Origin: Hormiphora californensis
Lineage: Eukaryota; Animalia; Ctenophora
Length of the DNA stretch: 64,000 nucleotides
Reading direction: 5' to 3'
NCBI GenBank assembly: GCA_020137815.1
Contig: CM035361.1
Span: 930,001-994,000 of the forward strand
Positions 1 through 13,100 of the stretch are shown here, one piece after another. The notes beneath the pieces are model-generated. The model saw only the letters and a list, made by a program, of their open reading frames with translations, did not search any database and was not told the origin of the DNA. Numbering within the stretch: position 1 is the first letter of the stretch; the number at the start of each line of letters is the position of its first letter. The position numbers and the translations under genes are program-made.

Positions 1-259
1 GCACACAGTGGGTCGTTTCAGAGTCTGTTTTACAGAATAATAGTGTGTTTTGAAAGAACGGCTGACTATCATGGAAACGCGAATTTAACAGCACCCCAGG
101 CCCCGAAAGTTCATGTATCAATACTTTCGCATGTTTTTAAATTTCTGCGGCCCCGGCTATCCACCAAACTTGTTTGGTTTTTGGATCTAGTATCAGACAT
201 TTTGTTATACTACTTAGCTGAGTTTAATAAACGTGGATTGGGGATTCACGGACTTTTTC

Positions 260-945
260 AATCGCAGATATCCAATCTCAGATATCAATTGCGAATAACG
301 AATATTATAGTAATCGCGGACAACCAATCGTGGATAACTGATCACGAATCCGTTATATATAAGTTATCGCGATTAATTATCGCGATTAGCTATTGCGATT
401 AGCTATCGTGATTAGCTATATTTGCGATTAGCTATCCGCGATTGGTAACTATCATATTACTCATTCGCGATGAGTTGTCGTGGTAAGATCCGCGATTATT
501 CTCTGATTTTGATACGGATAACGATCAGTGATCACGGATAAGCATTGATAATCAAATATCTGATACAATCAGGTTCTATAAGGTACTAATTCGCTCTTTT
601 CTCGTTTTTTTTATAAATCGTCTTATATTTAAGACAGTCATAACTCTAGATATGACTACCCATTATAACTGAAAATGCGGCAGTAAACCTTATCTTATAA
701 AATAAATCTGATTCAATGTTAATTTAGACTCTGAAATGCTTCTTTCTAGGCGTTTTTAAAATCGTCTTAAATTTAAGACAGTCATAAATCTAGATATGAC
801 TTCCAATTATATCTGAAAATACAGCAGTTGACCTACTTTGGCAAAAATATATGTGATAAAATCATGATTTATAGTTTAATTTGCTCTTTTCTAGGCTTTT
901 TTGAAAATCGTCTTAAATCTTAATACAGTCAGATGCCCGTAACTG
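260..945. repeat. Degenerate short repeats (TATCGCGATTAG-like, 260-560), then about three diverged ~140-bp units (AAATCGTCTTAAATTTAAGACAGTCA core)
   Basis: Direct inspection; the core recurs near 614, 759 and 906. Confidence 0.65.
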
Positions 946-949
946 AAGA

Positions 950-1594
950 ACCGTAACTCGGGTTTGCTTGAAATTTTGATCGTGTGTTCAAGATGTCGAG
1001 ACAACATTACGTACCAAGTGGCGTATTCGTAGAACGACGGGAAGGCTGTCTTAGACGCTAAAGAAAACTTAAGACAGTCATAACTTTTGTTATGACTGTC
1101 AGTTTTCTCTGTCCAAGCTTTAATACAAGGTACACCACTAGACCTACCGACTCCCAAAGTTTCATGGTGATAGCCTTAAAACTCTGGCCTCTATTAAGTA
1201 CGCAAAAAGTGGTTATTTTACGGTGGTTCGTGACGCGAAAAACGGACATTTTGTCTAAAATACGACCCTCTGTAACGTAAAAACTGTAACTCCGATTTGC
1301 ATGAAATTTTGAACGTGTGCTCTAGGTGTCAAGGCAACACGAACTACCAAGCGGCAAGTTCGTAGGACAACGGGAAGGTTGTCTAAAACAAAGTTGAAAT
1401 TGCCGATTTCAGACAATAAGTATAGTAGCGCTGTCAAGATTTTCAAAAATTTTCAAAAAATTCAAAATTTTTTTTTCGCGATTTCGATTTTCCATTCACT
1501 GGAAGCAAGAATGCTTGGAAAATGGACATTTTTTAAGGGAAGGATGGTTGGGGTGAGAGAGGATTGGGCCCCGGGCGCTTGCCAGCGCTATGAT
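950..1594 (+). mobile_element. Possible non-autonomous Helitron/Helentron-type element ending in a GCGCT-TGCC-AGCGC hairpin (left boundary uncertain)
   Basis: Hairpin at 1575-1588 is identical to one at 62814-62827, and each terminates a non-coding repeat-like block. Confidence 0.35.
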
Positions 1595-1636
1595 TAATCG
1601 TAAACACCTCTACTAATTCCCTTTTTCTTCCTCCAG

Positions 1637-1990
1637 GAGTGTACAAGGTGCGGCGTAAGGTTCACCTTCGCCGAGAGAAGACACCATTGTCGACAGTGTG
1701 GTAAACTTTACTGTAACACATGTAGTTCCAAATGTAAACCGTTGTTACATCTGAACATTACTCAGAAGGTTAGTGTGTTACCATTAAGTTATCATGGTTA
1801 CCATTTAGTTACCATAGTTACCATTTAATTACCACCTGGGCACTTTTGGACGAATATCTGAAGTGGTATGTGACATTCTAATCAATCATTATTTTGTTAG
1901 GTGAGGGTCTGTGAGGACTGCTTCAATTCGATAAGCGAAGAAGAATCGGCATCTCTAAAATTAAAACCAATTAACTACGAGCTGGCATAA
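1637..1990 (+). CDS. Last two coding exons (1637-1768, 1901-1990) of a FYVE zinc-finger protein; 5' part lies outside the window
   Basis: AG/GT-bounded exons join in frame to ECTRCGVRFTFAERRHHCRQCGKLYCNTCSSK...VRVCEDCF...ELA*. This contains the FYVE signatures R(R/K)HHCR and RVC and eight Cys ligands. Confidence 0.9.
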
Positions 1991-3113
1991 AGGAACTCCA
2001 ATCAATTGCTTTTGTGATGCTAGAGAGACTATGATGGGTTTTATTAACGGTGACTGGGCCTACATGGTTTAGATAGAGCCAGAGGTTGGAAATAAAACAA
2101 TCTTTGATTTTGTACAATATATTGCGGGTCGATGTTTTTTTGTGTGTTTTTTTGTGATTCATTTTCATCCGTGCTGCTGAGTTGTCGCGTTGATCGTGTG
2201 TAGAATCTTTTTTCACTTCAAAACAAGCTCTCACAAACAATATTTCTAAAAGGGTGTAAATAGTTATTTTAAGTGAAACGGACTTTCGATTGAATTTGCT
2301 GAATCGTTCACTTTTCAATTAACGAGTTGTAAATGTTAAGATAGGGCAGAGAGGAGACTTACATGATCATCTGTTTAGAACGTTTTGGGTTTTTTGTTAA
2401 GTGTGTGTTAAACATGCAAATGTGTGTATTTATTTAGTGTTTTTGTTGTTGGTCATTGATTTAATAACTTTGAAACACTGTGTTTTTATTTTTCCCGGCT
2501 CTTGAAACCTGACAATGTCCATTTCCTGTGGGCTTTCCAGAGACTGCAATTGAAAACTCCTAAAAGCTGAAGCTTTCGATTATCGCACTCATTTGGAAAT
2601 GGCTCATCAACTGGAAAGTCCAGGCCAATCCCAGCCACTGTGGCAGGTGGCTGGGCTTGGAATTCAATATCCATGGGCCGATACGTCGAGGCGCCGCCGG
2701 TCTCTGGACCTCCATCTCACAGGTTGTTCGAAACGCGCACTATTCTGTTGACTCACTGCTGACAGCTTGGTCTTTCAACAGAAGAGTGTCCGCGCGCGAA
2801 ACGCAACAAACACGTTTCCAGGAGAAATGTGTCAAAACAACGGACCTCATAAATCCTAATTCACTCAGGTCTCAGCTTTACCAATGATTATTGAAGCGAT
2901 CAGGTAATAGGTATCCCAAGTAGGTACATGGTTACCAAAGAGTACAAATATTTTATGTAACTGATTAAGAAAATATACACACAGTACATTATTTACACTC
3001 ATTACAAAATTAATCACACACTCACTCAGTCCAGCTGCTCTATTATCTCACAAAAAACTCTGATATATTTTGAAAATCTGTATTTCTAAAAAACTCTCCC
3101 CGCCTCTTTCCCC

Positions 3114-6100
3114 TCATTTCCGCCTTGACACTTTCATCGGCTTACGACTGTTCCTCTCCTTACAAACAGGCATATGCCTCTTTCCGGCAGTTTCGTTAAA
3201 CCTAGTGAGAGATGGTTAGGGGAGAAATAAGTAGATAAAGAAAGATATAATTGAATGATTTAAGAAACAGCTAATAAATAAAGATATGGAAAAAAGAGTT
3301 AAGTTACAGTTGCCTTGTTTGAACAAAACAAAGTTACAGCTATTAGATAATAAAGATATTATTCTTCATCTATGGAAAAAAGGTAATATTTAAGAAATAG
3401 TAAGTTACCTTCTGTTGCAAGTAGGGCATGTTATGTAGTCTGGGTTTTCAACGGGAGGGGCAGCAACTCCCGTTCTGGCGCACTTTACTATCTGTTGGAA
3501 CTCATCTGTGGGAGAGGAGGAAGATGTATAAGGTGGGATAAGTTGGTTTTGGAGGGGAAGAGGGAGATGTGTATTAGATGGGATGGGGATATCATAGATA
3601 AGGTGAGATAGTTTTTAACTGGTCGAAGATGGATCGGGCACGCAACATGGTAGAGTAGCTAACTAACGGTTTGTTCAAATGATAGTTTCTATTCAGATTG
3701 CTCGAGAGTTATTACCGTGTGCATTTTTCCATCCCCTCGTTTTTGGTTTGTTATGTTCAACCTTATGCATCCCTCTAGCAACATATTGGGCGTAGTCCGT
3801 TCCTTCCGCTCTCTTCTTCGTTGTATCAAATACTTTCCGCTGCTTAGTAGCTGTCTTCTGTTATATAGAAGTGGTGTGGTGTTAGTTAACTTGGAATGTT
3901 TTTGGGCAAGAACAGAGAACAATTTCAGGCTCAACTCTTTTGATCAGTAGGTAAAGGCAGACTATAAAGTATTATTTAACATGTTCGTCCCCAAAAACGC
4001 GAGAAAGTGGCTCTGAGCTCGAGTGCACCTACGTTACAAATGTTTGTATGTTTAGCCAGTCTGTCCTCCCCAAACTTCCTCCCACAGATTCCACATGGTA
4101 CCAACCGAACTGGCATGACAGCATCCTCCCCTTCAATGGGTTGGGAGAAGATATCAGGGGCTGGGGGTGGGACTACTTCTGGGGGCGAGGTTTCCTGTAA
4201 TTAGAGGGTAGTGAGAGTTATTAGAATGAAATAAGTTAGTTAGTTGTAAGTGTTATTAGAAAGAGGTATTAGAGTTTAGAAATCAGTCAGTGGAGAGAAA
4301 ACAAATGGGAGGTGTGAGTGTGACAAATGATATGCGTGGTTTTAGAAAAATTGTGAAATCGGACAAACATTACAAAACATAATATTGAATACAAAAACAA
4401 AAAATCGACTGTTTGTGGTTCATTGAATTGTCTACTCCTTTTTTACCCTTGATGGTGGTTGATGTTGTTTAGTGGGCTGGGCTGGGGTACCACCTGCCCT
4501 TTTCTTTGCTGATTTCTCCATCTGCTTTTGGAACATTTTCTTTTGTGTTTCTTCCAGCCTAGAGAGGAAAACAATACAGGGTGTTCATTTTGGATCTTTA
4601 CAAGCGTTGGGCTTCACCCAGAAAACAGTTGACTAGATTAGGTCGTGAAACTTCTTACTTGGACTATTCTATACCCTCATTCAAGGTTCCTGGGGATTTT
4701 GGAGCTCTATTACCCCGGGAAGTGTGTTTTTGGCATCAAAACTACCAGAAGGAATTTTTTGCTGGTGCTGAGACTTTGCTAAAATGTTTTTTGGGTAATT
4801 TCTATGTCAATCCTAAAGTTTCATGGAGATTGGATGTGTTTTTCGGACTCAAAATTTCGTAAAAAGTGGCTGGAAAGGCTCGAAAACGGCTCAAAAACGG
4901 CAAAAATGGAATCTTTCCAGCCACTTTCTATGAAGTTTTGAGTCCGAAAAACACATCCAATCTCCATGAAACTTTAGGATTGACATAGAAATTACCCAAA
5001 AAACATTTTAGCAAAGTCTCAGCACCAGCAAAAAATTCCTTCTGGTAGTTTTGATGCCAAAAACACACTTCCCGGGGTACTAGAGCTCCAAAATCCCCAG
5101 GAACCTTGAATGAGGGTATAGAATAGTCCAAGTATGAAGTTTCACGACCTAATCTTGTCAACTGTTTTCTGGGTGAAGCCCAACGCTTGTAAAGATCCAA
5201 AATGAACACCGTGTATGTTTACTTTCAAGTCGAAATAACATAATTAATATTGCCGAGTTTGGGTATTATATGAACCGATAAAAAGATAACAAGTTTCCAG
5301 GGGGGGGGTACCTTTTTCGTTTTTGTTCCTCCAGCCTCTTCTTCTGTAACGCCTTCCTCTCCTGATCTTCCTCCTCTTGCATTCTCTCCAACCTCCTCTC
5401 TTCTTCAGCAATCTTCTTTTTTAGTGATTCCTCCTTCTTTCTGATCATCTCTCTCAGCCGGGCTTTCTCATCCACAGGGATGGGGTCTTGTTCTAGGAAT
5501 AGAGGAGAGTTATGGTCTTGTTCAGATAGGAATAACTCTAATTTCCATATAACTCTCCCGTATATATAGGAGAGTTATTATGGAAATTAAAGTCTCCTTC
5601 ACAGAATATAAAGCAGATTGGAGCTGTAGTATAGTTGACATTGTCTCTACACAAGCATGTTGACTACCATTCTTACCTTGGTTCTCTTCTACTGAAGGCT
5701 GCTTTTCAACCGGTTTCCGTTTTCTCTCTGACGCCGCTTTGTTGCTAGGTGTTTTAGCTGGGGTTTTGGTGGGACCGTTTGGAGTCTTTGTTGCTGCGTT
5801 GTTATAGCCGTTGTTAGGGGTAGGAGCGTTGATATAGCCGTTGCTAGGTGTCTTTGTCGGAGTGTTAGATGATGATATTGGTGGGATAACAGGTGTCTTA
5901 TTGAACTCACTAACTCCAGAACCTGGAAAAGAGACGGGTTGTTAGTTGTAAACAGAGAAATGAGACTTCAACTAGATCAGTACCATGATGCACGTCCAAA
6001 ATACTGGACTAAGTAACGCGGGAGGGGTTGTTATGTTCAACCGTCCTTTACAAAACTTGGTGCCAAAATTTGAATTTGTATCTGCATTTTGATGTCTCCT

Positions 6101-9100
6101 ACCTCTTCTAAAAACATGAGTATCTCCTTCATCAGCTAGGTTGAGAGGTGTTGGGGTTCTGCTTTGTATGATTTCGGTACAGACGTTCCAATCAATCGGG
6201 GACATGCCTAAAATATTTTGTTAATAGTATTCGGATATTCTGCTTCTCCTTAGATCATTGTTAAAGAACCTGTCAGGCCAATGCTCTGACCACAGTTCTC
6301 GCACGCTCCGCGAAAATGATAATAGGGTGAGGCCAATGCTCTGACAGTATAGAACTGTGTGTTAGAACTCTCTCCTGCTAATTTGCATGGCAGATTCTTT
6401 GTTGTAAAATTCATGGTAATGCTAGTCTCTATTCTTAGACCACATACTCCAACTTCAACTAAACAAAACTTCTCACTTCTTATTATTTTACATACACAAC
6501 TCCTAATTTTGCTAGGATTATCATAGGACGGCGAATAAAGAAAAAACAGATACGAATTCCTAATTCCTGAGACACAACAGCTACACCTGCAGTTAACAGC
6601 TTGACTACTGAATTCTCTAACCTGATGGTTTCCTCTGCACAACGCGGTGCTCTGCAAACGCAGGATCTATCTCGAAATCATTGTTGTTAGGGACAGGTTC
6701 CTGTTGCTGTTGTTGCAGTTCCTGTTGTTGTAGTTCCTGTTGTAGTTGTTGCTGTTCCCCTGTTGGCGGCCTGCTACTGTACCTGTAAAGATTCGGTTAG
6801 ACATTTGTTATAAGATATCAATAATTGATGCGTTGATCATGGATAGTCGGTGATCCCTCTCTTTTACCCCCCCCCCCTAACTGTTGCGCCTATGATAATG
6901 GCAGCTTGGCTAGCTCTCCGACTATTAGGCTATACAGGAAAACTATATTAATTATAAAAATATCAATAAGAATTATGTTGTTGAGCAAGGAAAATTATTG
7001 CAATACCTTGCGGCTTGCCTTGACTAACATTAGTAGGGCTCTCTCTCCCGAGATGCATGGCTAACATACAACTCCAGATTTAAATGACTCATTATACCGC
7101 GTGGCCCAAATTAAAGGGAGGGTACGTTGGCCTTCTTTTCACCCAGAAGTTTAATTTCAATCACTCTGATATTTTGACACAATGTCTGCATGGTTACTCA
7201 TTCGAGGAATCCGAAGTTTCAGCCCTCTGGATAAAAGTTCATTTTTTTCGACCGAATGAACATTGAATGAACACCAATATGGGACCATATTTCGGTACCA
7301 AAGTTTCACAAATTTGTTTGGCTATCGATTTCCTTTCGAATGGGACCAGTTTGAGCTTAATTGGATCACCACAAGAATCACAGTGATCCGTTTTCTAAGC
7401 CTAGGGTAAGTCATGTGATCCCCATCAAATTATGACGTGTTAGCAAGAGAGCTTACATTTTAACGGATGCTGTATCGGTACACCATCCTCATTAGCAGAC
7501 GTGATACGTGATACTCGACCGTTACACCTGCTTATTGGCACTTAGTAATGACGCTATCGTCTCATTAGGTGTCAGATGACCAAACCTAGGGTTAGATAAC
7601 TAGACACTGTGTCTCTTGTGGTGGTCCAATTGAGCTCAAATTAGTCGCGTTTGAAAGGAAATCGATACCCGAAGGCGACTGTGAAATTCCGGTTCCAAAA
7701 AGCAGTCCTGTTTTCAAGTTCATTCAGGATTCATTCCAGTCGGAAAAATGAATTTTAAGATAGAGAGCCTTAATTCCTGCTAACATCAAAATTGATCAAG
7801 TGAAGTGGCCGTACAGATTTTTAGCGCCTGAATTTACCGATTTCTGGTCAAAACAGGTCAAAATCGATGTTTGGTAAAAAATATCATCTTTAAATAACTT
7901 ACTATTTCACCCACTAAACTTCATTCAATTTTAATAAAAATGCAGATTGCCATTTGTTGATACTTGCTCTATTGTATGGCGGTTTTTTGAATAATAAAAT
8001 CGAATTTAATCAAGAGAAAACCTCAAAAAACCCAAAAAACGAAAAATTGAGTTCATTAATGAACTTTCAACTTTTATGATTTGAAACTTCGGATTCCTCG
8101 AATGAGTACCCATGCAGACATTGTGTCAAAATATCAGAGTGATTGAAATTAAACTTCTGGGTGAAAAGAAGGCCAACGTACCCTCCCTTTAATTTGGGCC
8201 ACGCGGTATTATCGAACAACAGCGCACATTATCATAGTTGTTTGTAGCTTGTCTAATAAGGATTATCAGGCACGCCCCCCCCCCCCCCCCCGTATGAACA
8301 TGAACAATATTATTTGTAAATTGTCTCACCTCTTGTTAGGTGTGCTCTTGACTCCACTAGCCTGCCTCGCACCAACGGGAGGGAGAACCGCCTTACTGTT
8401 CGAGTTCAGGGAATTGTTTCGAGGTGGGGGTGGTTGTGTGATAGCATGTTGGTTGGAAGGAGTTGTAGTTGATAGACTCCTGTAGGAAGGGAGGGAGAGG
8501 GTGGGGTGGTTAGATAGGTATAGAGAGGGGGTTTAGAGAGAGGGATGGTTAGAGGGATGGATGGTTAGAGGGAAGGGAATTGAGGTATCAGCACTCGTAC
8601 GATGAGACCATCGATAATGACGTCATATGAACCTGATTCTGCGTTACTTACTGTTTAGTTCTCTTCTTTTGAGGTGTCTGATGTTGTTGTTGCTGGGATG
8701 GAATTGGAGCTGTCTGGTTCACAACCTCAGGCTCCACTCTCCTATTATTATACTGACTCGCTTCTTGAAACCCCCGTGGCCCATTATCGGTACGAGCCAA
8801 TTGGGCTCTACTACCGGGGAGCGAGGGAGGAAGGGAGTAACGCTTTGTTCTCTCTTGCTCTCGTGTAGCCGCGTTAGCACTTACAACAGCTCGCATCTTC
8901 TCTTCCTGTGGTAAAAATGATAGTTTCTATGGAGATAAATGGTGGAATAAGATCTCTTTTATAGCGTAATTATCCACTCTACTTGATAGAAACACACGTA
9001 CCCCCCCCCCCCACGTACCACAACTTACCCTTTCGATAAACACTTTCCGTTGGAAGTTCTGTTTGATCAGTTCTAATTGGGAGCTGTGCCTCCGGAAATG

Positions 9101-9169
9101 CCGGGATGTCCTGAGGGATGGGATTCGAGATCCGGGGGGTTTTACCACAACTGGATAGGCTGATGCCAT
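3114..9169 (-). CDS. ZC2HC1C: Zinc finger C2HC domain-containing protein 1C-like (FAM164 family), about 11 exons
   Basis: ATG at 9169 (MASAYP...ELIKQNFQRKVF), a charged coiled-coil exon (~5312-5492), LVPCGICGRKFGEDRLAKHTNIC (~4033-4110), RKVFDTTKKR...WKNAH (~3717-3857), NPDYITCPTCNRR (~3409-3505) and FNETAGKRHMPVCKE...RRK* (stop 3114). Two C2HC fingers in the ZC2HC1 arrangement; paralog assignment is from memory. Confidence 0.8.
4577..5213. mobile_element. Foldback MITE (637 bp, almost fully palindromic), family A copy 1, TA target duplication; intronic in ZC2HC1C-like
   Basis: TA|CAGGGTGTTCATTTTGGATC ... GATCCAAAATGAACACCGTG|TA. The mirror-image ORFs in the ORF track reflect the ~300-bp inverted arms. 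Termini are Tc1/mariner-type. Confidence 0.92.
7097..8206. mobile_element. Non-autonomous TIR element (1110 bp) with ~125-bp TIRs and TA duplication, holding an older diverged internal palindrome (~7235-7760)
   Basis: TA|CCGCGTGGCCCAAATTAAAGGGAGGGTACG ... CGTACCCTCCCTTTAATTTGGGCCACGCGG|TA. Inner imperfect arms, e.g. TTGAGCTTAATTGGATCACCACAAGA vs TCTTGTGGTGGTCCAATTGAGCTCAA. Confidence 0.88.
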
Positions 9170-9459
9170 GACTGGGTTGTTCTGTTGGGTTTATATAGGA
9201 GTGTGTGTAGTTGTGATTTGTAGTTCTGAGCTTTTCCTTCTATACCATCATGTGTTCATGTTGGTTTTGAGCTAGAAAAAGGAAGCAGGATAGTCAAAAA
9301 ATGTATAAAATTTACATAGTTTGGATTGAGAATTGAGGCAGCAAATTGTCTTTTTATCAAAGGTGCAATCTTTACATCTGAAAACACAGTTAACACAAAA
9401 CTATATGCAAAATGAATCCTTCGCTCAACGAATAAACTAATATGGGAGATAGCCAGCTA

Positions 9460-9722
<263 letters not shown>

Positions 9723-10099
9723 ACGGACCGCTTCTATACGTTATTGCATGTCGATCGATGTAACACACATCACGAGACACTAGTTATTAAACTGTTTAAA
9801 TATACCCCGAGCTAAGTCGATAGCACTATACCTCATTCTCTCACGCTTACTTTGTGACGTATCATGTGACGTAATTTGCTCAAAAAATTAGCAACTCATT
9901 TTGGGACAGTTTGGGACAGTTATGGGGGATAGTTCGGGTGGGATATCGTGAACCTAGAGAACCAAAGATACACCTGTCACCATTCACCAACTAACCACAC
10001 AAATAAATTATAACGGACACAATCCCACATACTATAAACGTCCTTCACATCGGTTGAAACCAGCAACCCTTTCCCTCTGTACAACATGTTCCGAGGCTT

Positions 10100-10122
10100 G
10101 TAACCATGGTAACCATGGTAAC
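10100..10122. promoter_or_regulatory. Two overlapping X-box-like (RFX) motifs GTAACCATGGTAAC
   Basis: Matches the GTNRCC(N0-3)RGYAAC consensus at 10100-10113 and 10109-10122, upstream of the ZC2HC1C-like start and just after the BBS7 stop. Could instead be a short minisatellite. Confidence 0.35.
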
Positions 10123-10126
10123 CAGC

Positions 10127-13100
10127 TCATGATGCAGCAATCTCGAAGAAGTCGATAAGAGATTCTAGTTCGTAATTATCCAGTACCTCGAGCAGCATGG
10201 GTACCTGAGATTACGGGTCATTATTATTTATTAGTCAAGAGTCAAATGAGATAAAGAACCGTTATTGATATTCAAGAGAGAAATGAATAAAGAGGGATCA
10301 TATATTGCGAGATGGGATGGGGTTTGGGTGAGAAGCTGGGTAACAGGTGTAGTTACATTATTACAAAACGGTGCATCTAAAAGAGAAGAAAACGGGGGAG
10401 AGAGGGAGATAGAGATTAAATTGAGACCGTGACTTGTCTCGACAAGACTATTATCTCTTTAGCTTATACAGCTTTAAACCTGTTTTGCTCGCCGCGGAGT
10501 GTGGAGAAGTTGAATGTCTGATACTCTGATAGTTTTTACTAAACAATAATACTCGGAAAATGCCGCGATACACCAATCACTCAAGTTGTGTACTGCTTAC
10601 CTTATTCTTGACGTTCATCCCCTTGAATTTGTACTTGTCAATGTAAAGATCTGTTATCATACCGTATAACCTGCAATATAATTAGGTAATTAATTAGGTT
10701 ACTAATTAGGTAACTAATTAAGTAATTAGTTGTAATGATATTGTCTCATTGTCCCGATTGGTATGGTTTTGTGAAATAATGAAATATTGAAATATATGAT
10801 ATTGTGTTAGTACCGTTCTAGATGGCAGGGTTGTAATTTAAAACTAGCTTGTAACTTTTCTGCGTTGTCCAAAATATCCCTGTACTCTGGTGACAGGAAA
10901 TCAACTGATGGTTCATGTAGCGATAGCTCCTGAAAGATGGTTTTAATGATTAGGAAACATGATTTAGTTAATAACTATCTATGTAATAACTAATAACTAA
11001 ACCAAATGTTCGATTGTCCCACAATCCAATATTTAGTCGGATGAACTTTTATGTTCAATTTTGTGAGGCAATTAGATCAGTTACTATTTGGCCATCCCTA
11101 AATATTAAATGCATGGCTGGAGATTATATGTATCTCGGTATAACAACTAAATATAGGTTGATATTGTTTTTTTAGTTATCTAGTACACTACGTATCACCG
11201 TCCCATATTCTTCTAGGAAGCAATGAGGCCCAAGATAATTTTGTTTCTCCTCTTGGTTACAGTTGACTCAAATCAGTTGACCGTCCAATCAGTCACTGCA
11301 TCACAATACAAAGTTGTAATATATGGTTTCAAGATTGACCCGGGTAATGTTGTTGATGGAAACTACACCACTTTGTTCATTGCTAGATCTACAGCACGGA
11401 AATGGTTGAAGTTGAATCTAACGAAACCAGCAAATGTTGGAACGGTAGCTATTGTAAACAGGTTGGTATTTTGAATCATTTCATCTCCAAAACAGACGAA
11501 TGTTCTAACCCTCCTTTTCATTTGTTTCATGGTGCGGGGCACAGTGAGTGCAGGGTCGAACAAGGCAAATCAGACCCTCAATTATCAATCTTACATTTTA
11601 CAGGATCGATTTTGGTAGAGACGAAAATTCTATGATTACTATCAGAGACCGTATTATCGGAACTACTGTCGAATTGACAGGATATAATGATCACGTCATA
11701 GTGACCTGTGGGACAATAACAGAAAGTCAACTAGACTACAGCTCATATGAGGACCAAACATATACCGTACGTTATCAAATTTAATTAAATAATTAATTAC
11801 ATGATTAATTAAGTAATGAATTAAAATTAACCTAGTTCGTCTTGAGTTAACTAATAATTTCAGGTGAACTGTCTTCAACCATCCTACACGCAGATTGTTG
11901 AAGTTTGGAACGAAGCAAACCAAGTTATGAATTTAGCAGAAATTTTCGTTTATCAAGCTAAAATTAGTAAGTAAAACAAGTTTGCAAAAACATGAACAAA
12001 ACACAAGGTATTTTATTTTAAATTTGCTAAAAAACTAAAGTAAGATTGGGGATCTTACTTTAGTTGCTACAGCTAAATTATTTGTTTTTCCGTAAAAATG
12101 GGGGTAATTTAACCATTCTAGGGAGAATTCCTCAGAAAAAAGTATGAATTCACCTTCAGAGCATCAATAAGTTGAACTTTCTTCGCCAGCAGTAGCTGTT
12201 CGTCAAGTTTAGGATGTATCAGACGAAGGGCATGAGGAATGGAGTCATCATTCAACTCGTATGTTATACTGAGGATATAAAAGGGAGTTGTTGACTCGTT
12301 GAGGTTATAGTCAGGTACTCTCTCACGCGTTATAAATAAATCACGCGTTACTTTCTATATCACGCGTGATTGTTTACCTAAGGGAAATCTTGCGTTGCGT
12401 CGCCAGTTTCGTTATCACATCTTTCAGTATTGAAATTGTTGAAATGTTATCCGATCTAAACTCAACCGAATTCTGAGTGTGGGGATCTGTATATTAGATA
12501 ACTCCCATTCAAAATAAGTTCTACATAAATGTTCCACATATTATATCTGTTTGATTCCTTGTTTAATATATAAAACTACAATAACTAACTTCCCTCTACT
12601 TCCATTACCAGCTACTAATTACCAGCTACTAATTACCAGCTACTAATTACCAGCTACTAATTACCAGCTACTAATTACCAGCTACTAATTACCAGCTACT
12701 AATTACCAGCTACTAATTACCAGCTACTAATAACCTGGGTATAATTGCACTCCAGTTGGGTATCAAGGAAGGAACTCTGGAAGTACATGACAACTGTATC
12801 TCCCTGAGGACACTTCTCTGGGACATCGGGAATGCAATACCCAATCCAGGCGTGCACTTCGCCTGGTGAGAGATATTGTTTAGGTTAGGTATACCGTGAC
12901 ATTGATGTGATGAGTTTCAAACATTCTTATTCTTCAAATGAGCTCTTCTATAATGGCGATCAGACTATAAATCTAGTAAAGTTGGGGTGTGTTATATTGA
13001 ATGATTGCCTATTGAGTGCTACTTACCTAAACTAAACTTTCCAGTCAATTTCAACAAATTGAAAGGTCTTGAATCATCCAAAATATGAGTCCGCCTGTGC

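Noticed and set aside
4-12. CACAGTG heptamer suggesting a Transib/RAG-like terminus
   Set aside because: At the window edge, with no matching opposite TIR or transposase found.
2486-2887. GC-richer short ORFs between the FYVE and ZC2HC1C-like 3' ends
   Set aside because: No recognisable motif or consistent exon chain in any frame.
4581-5209. Repeated MFILDLYKRWASP ORFs (also 37360-38017) as a gene family
   Set aside because: They are the two arms of a palindromic MITE, with no transposase motifs.
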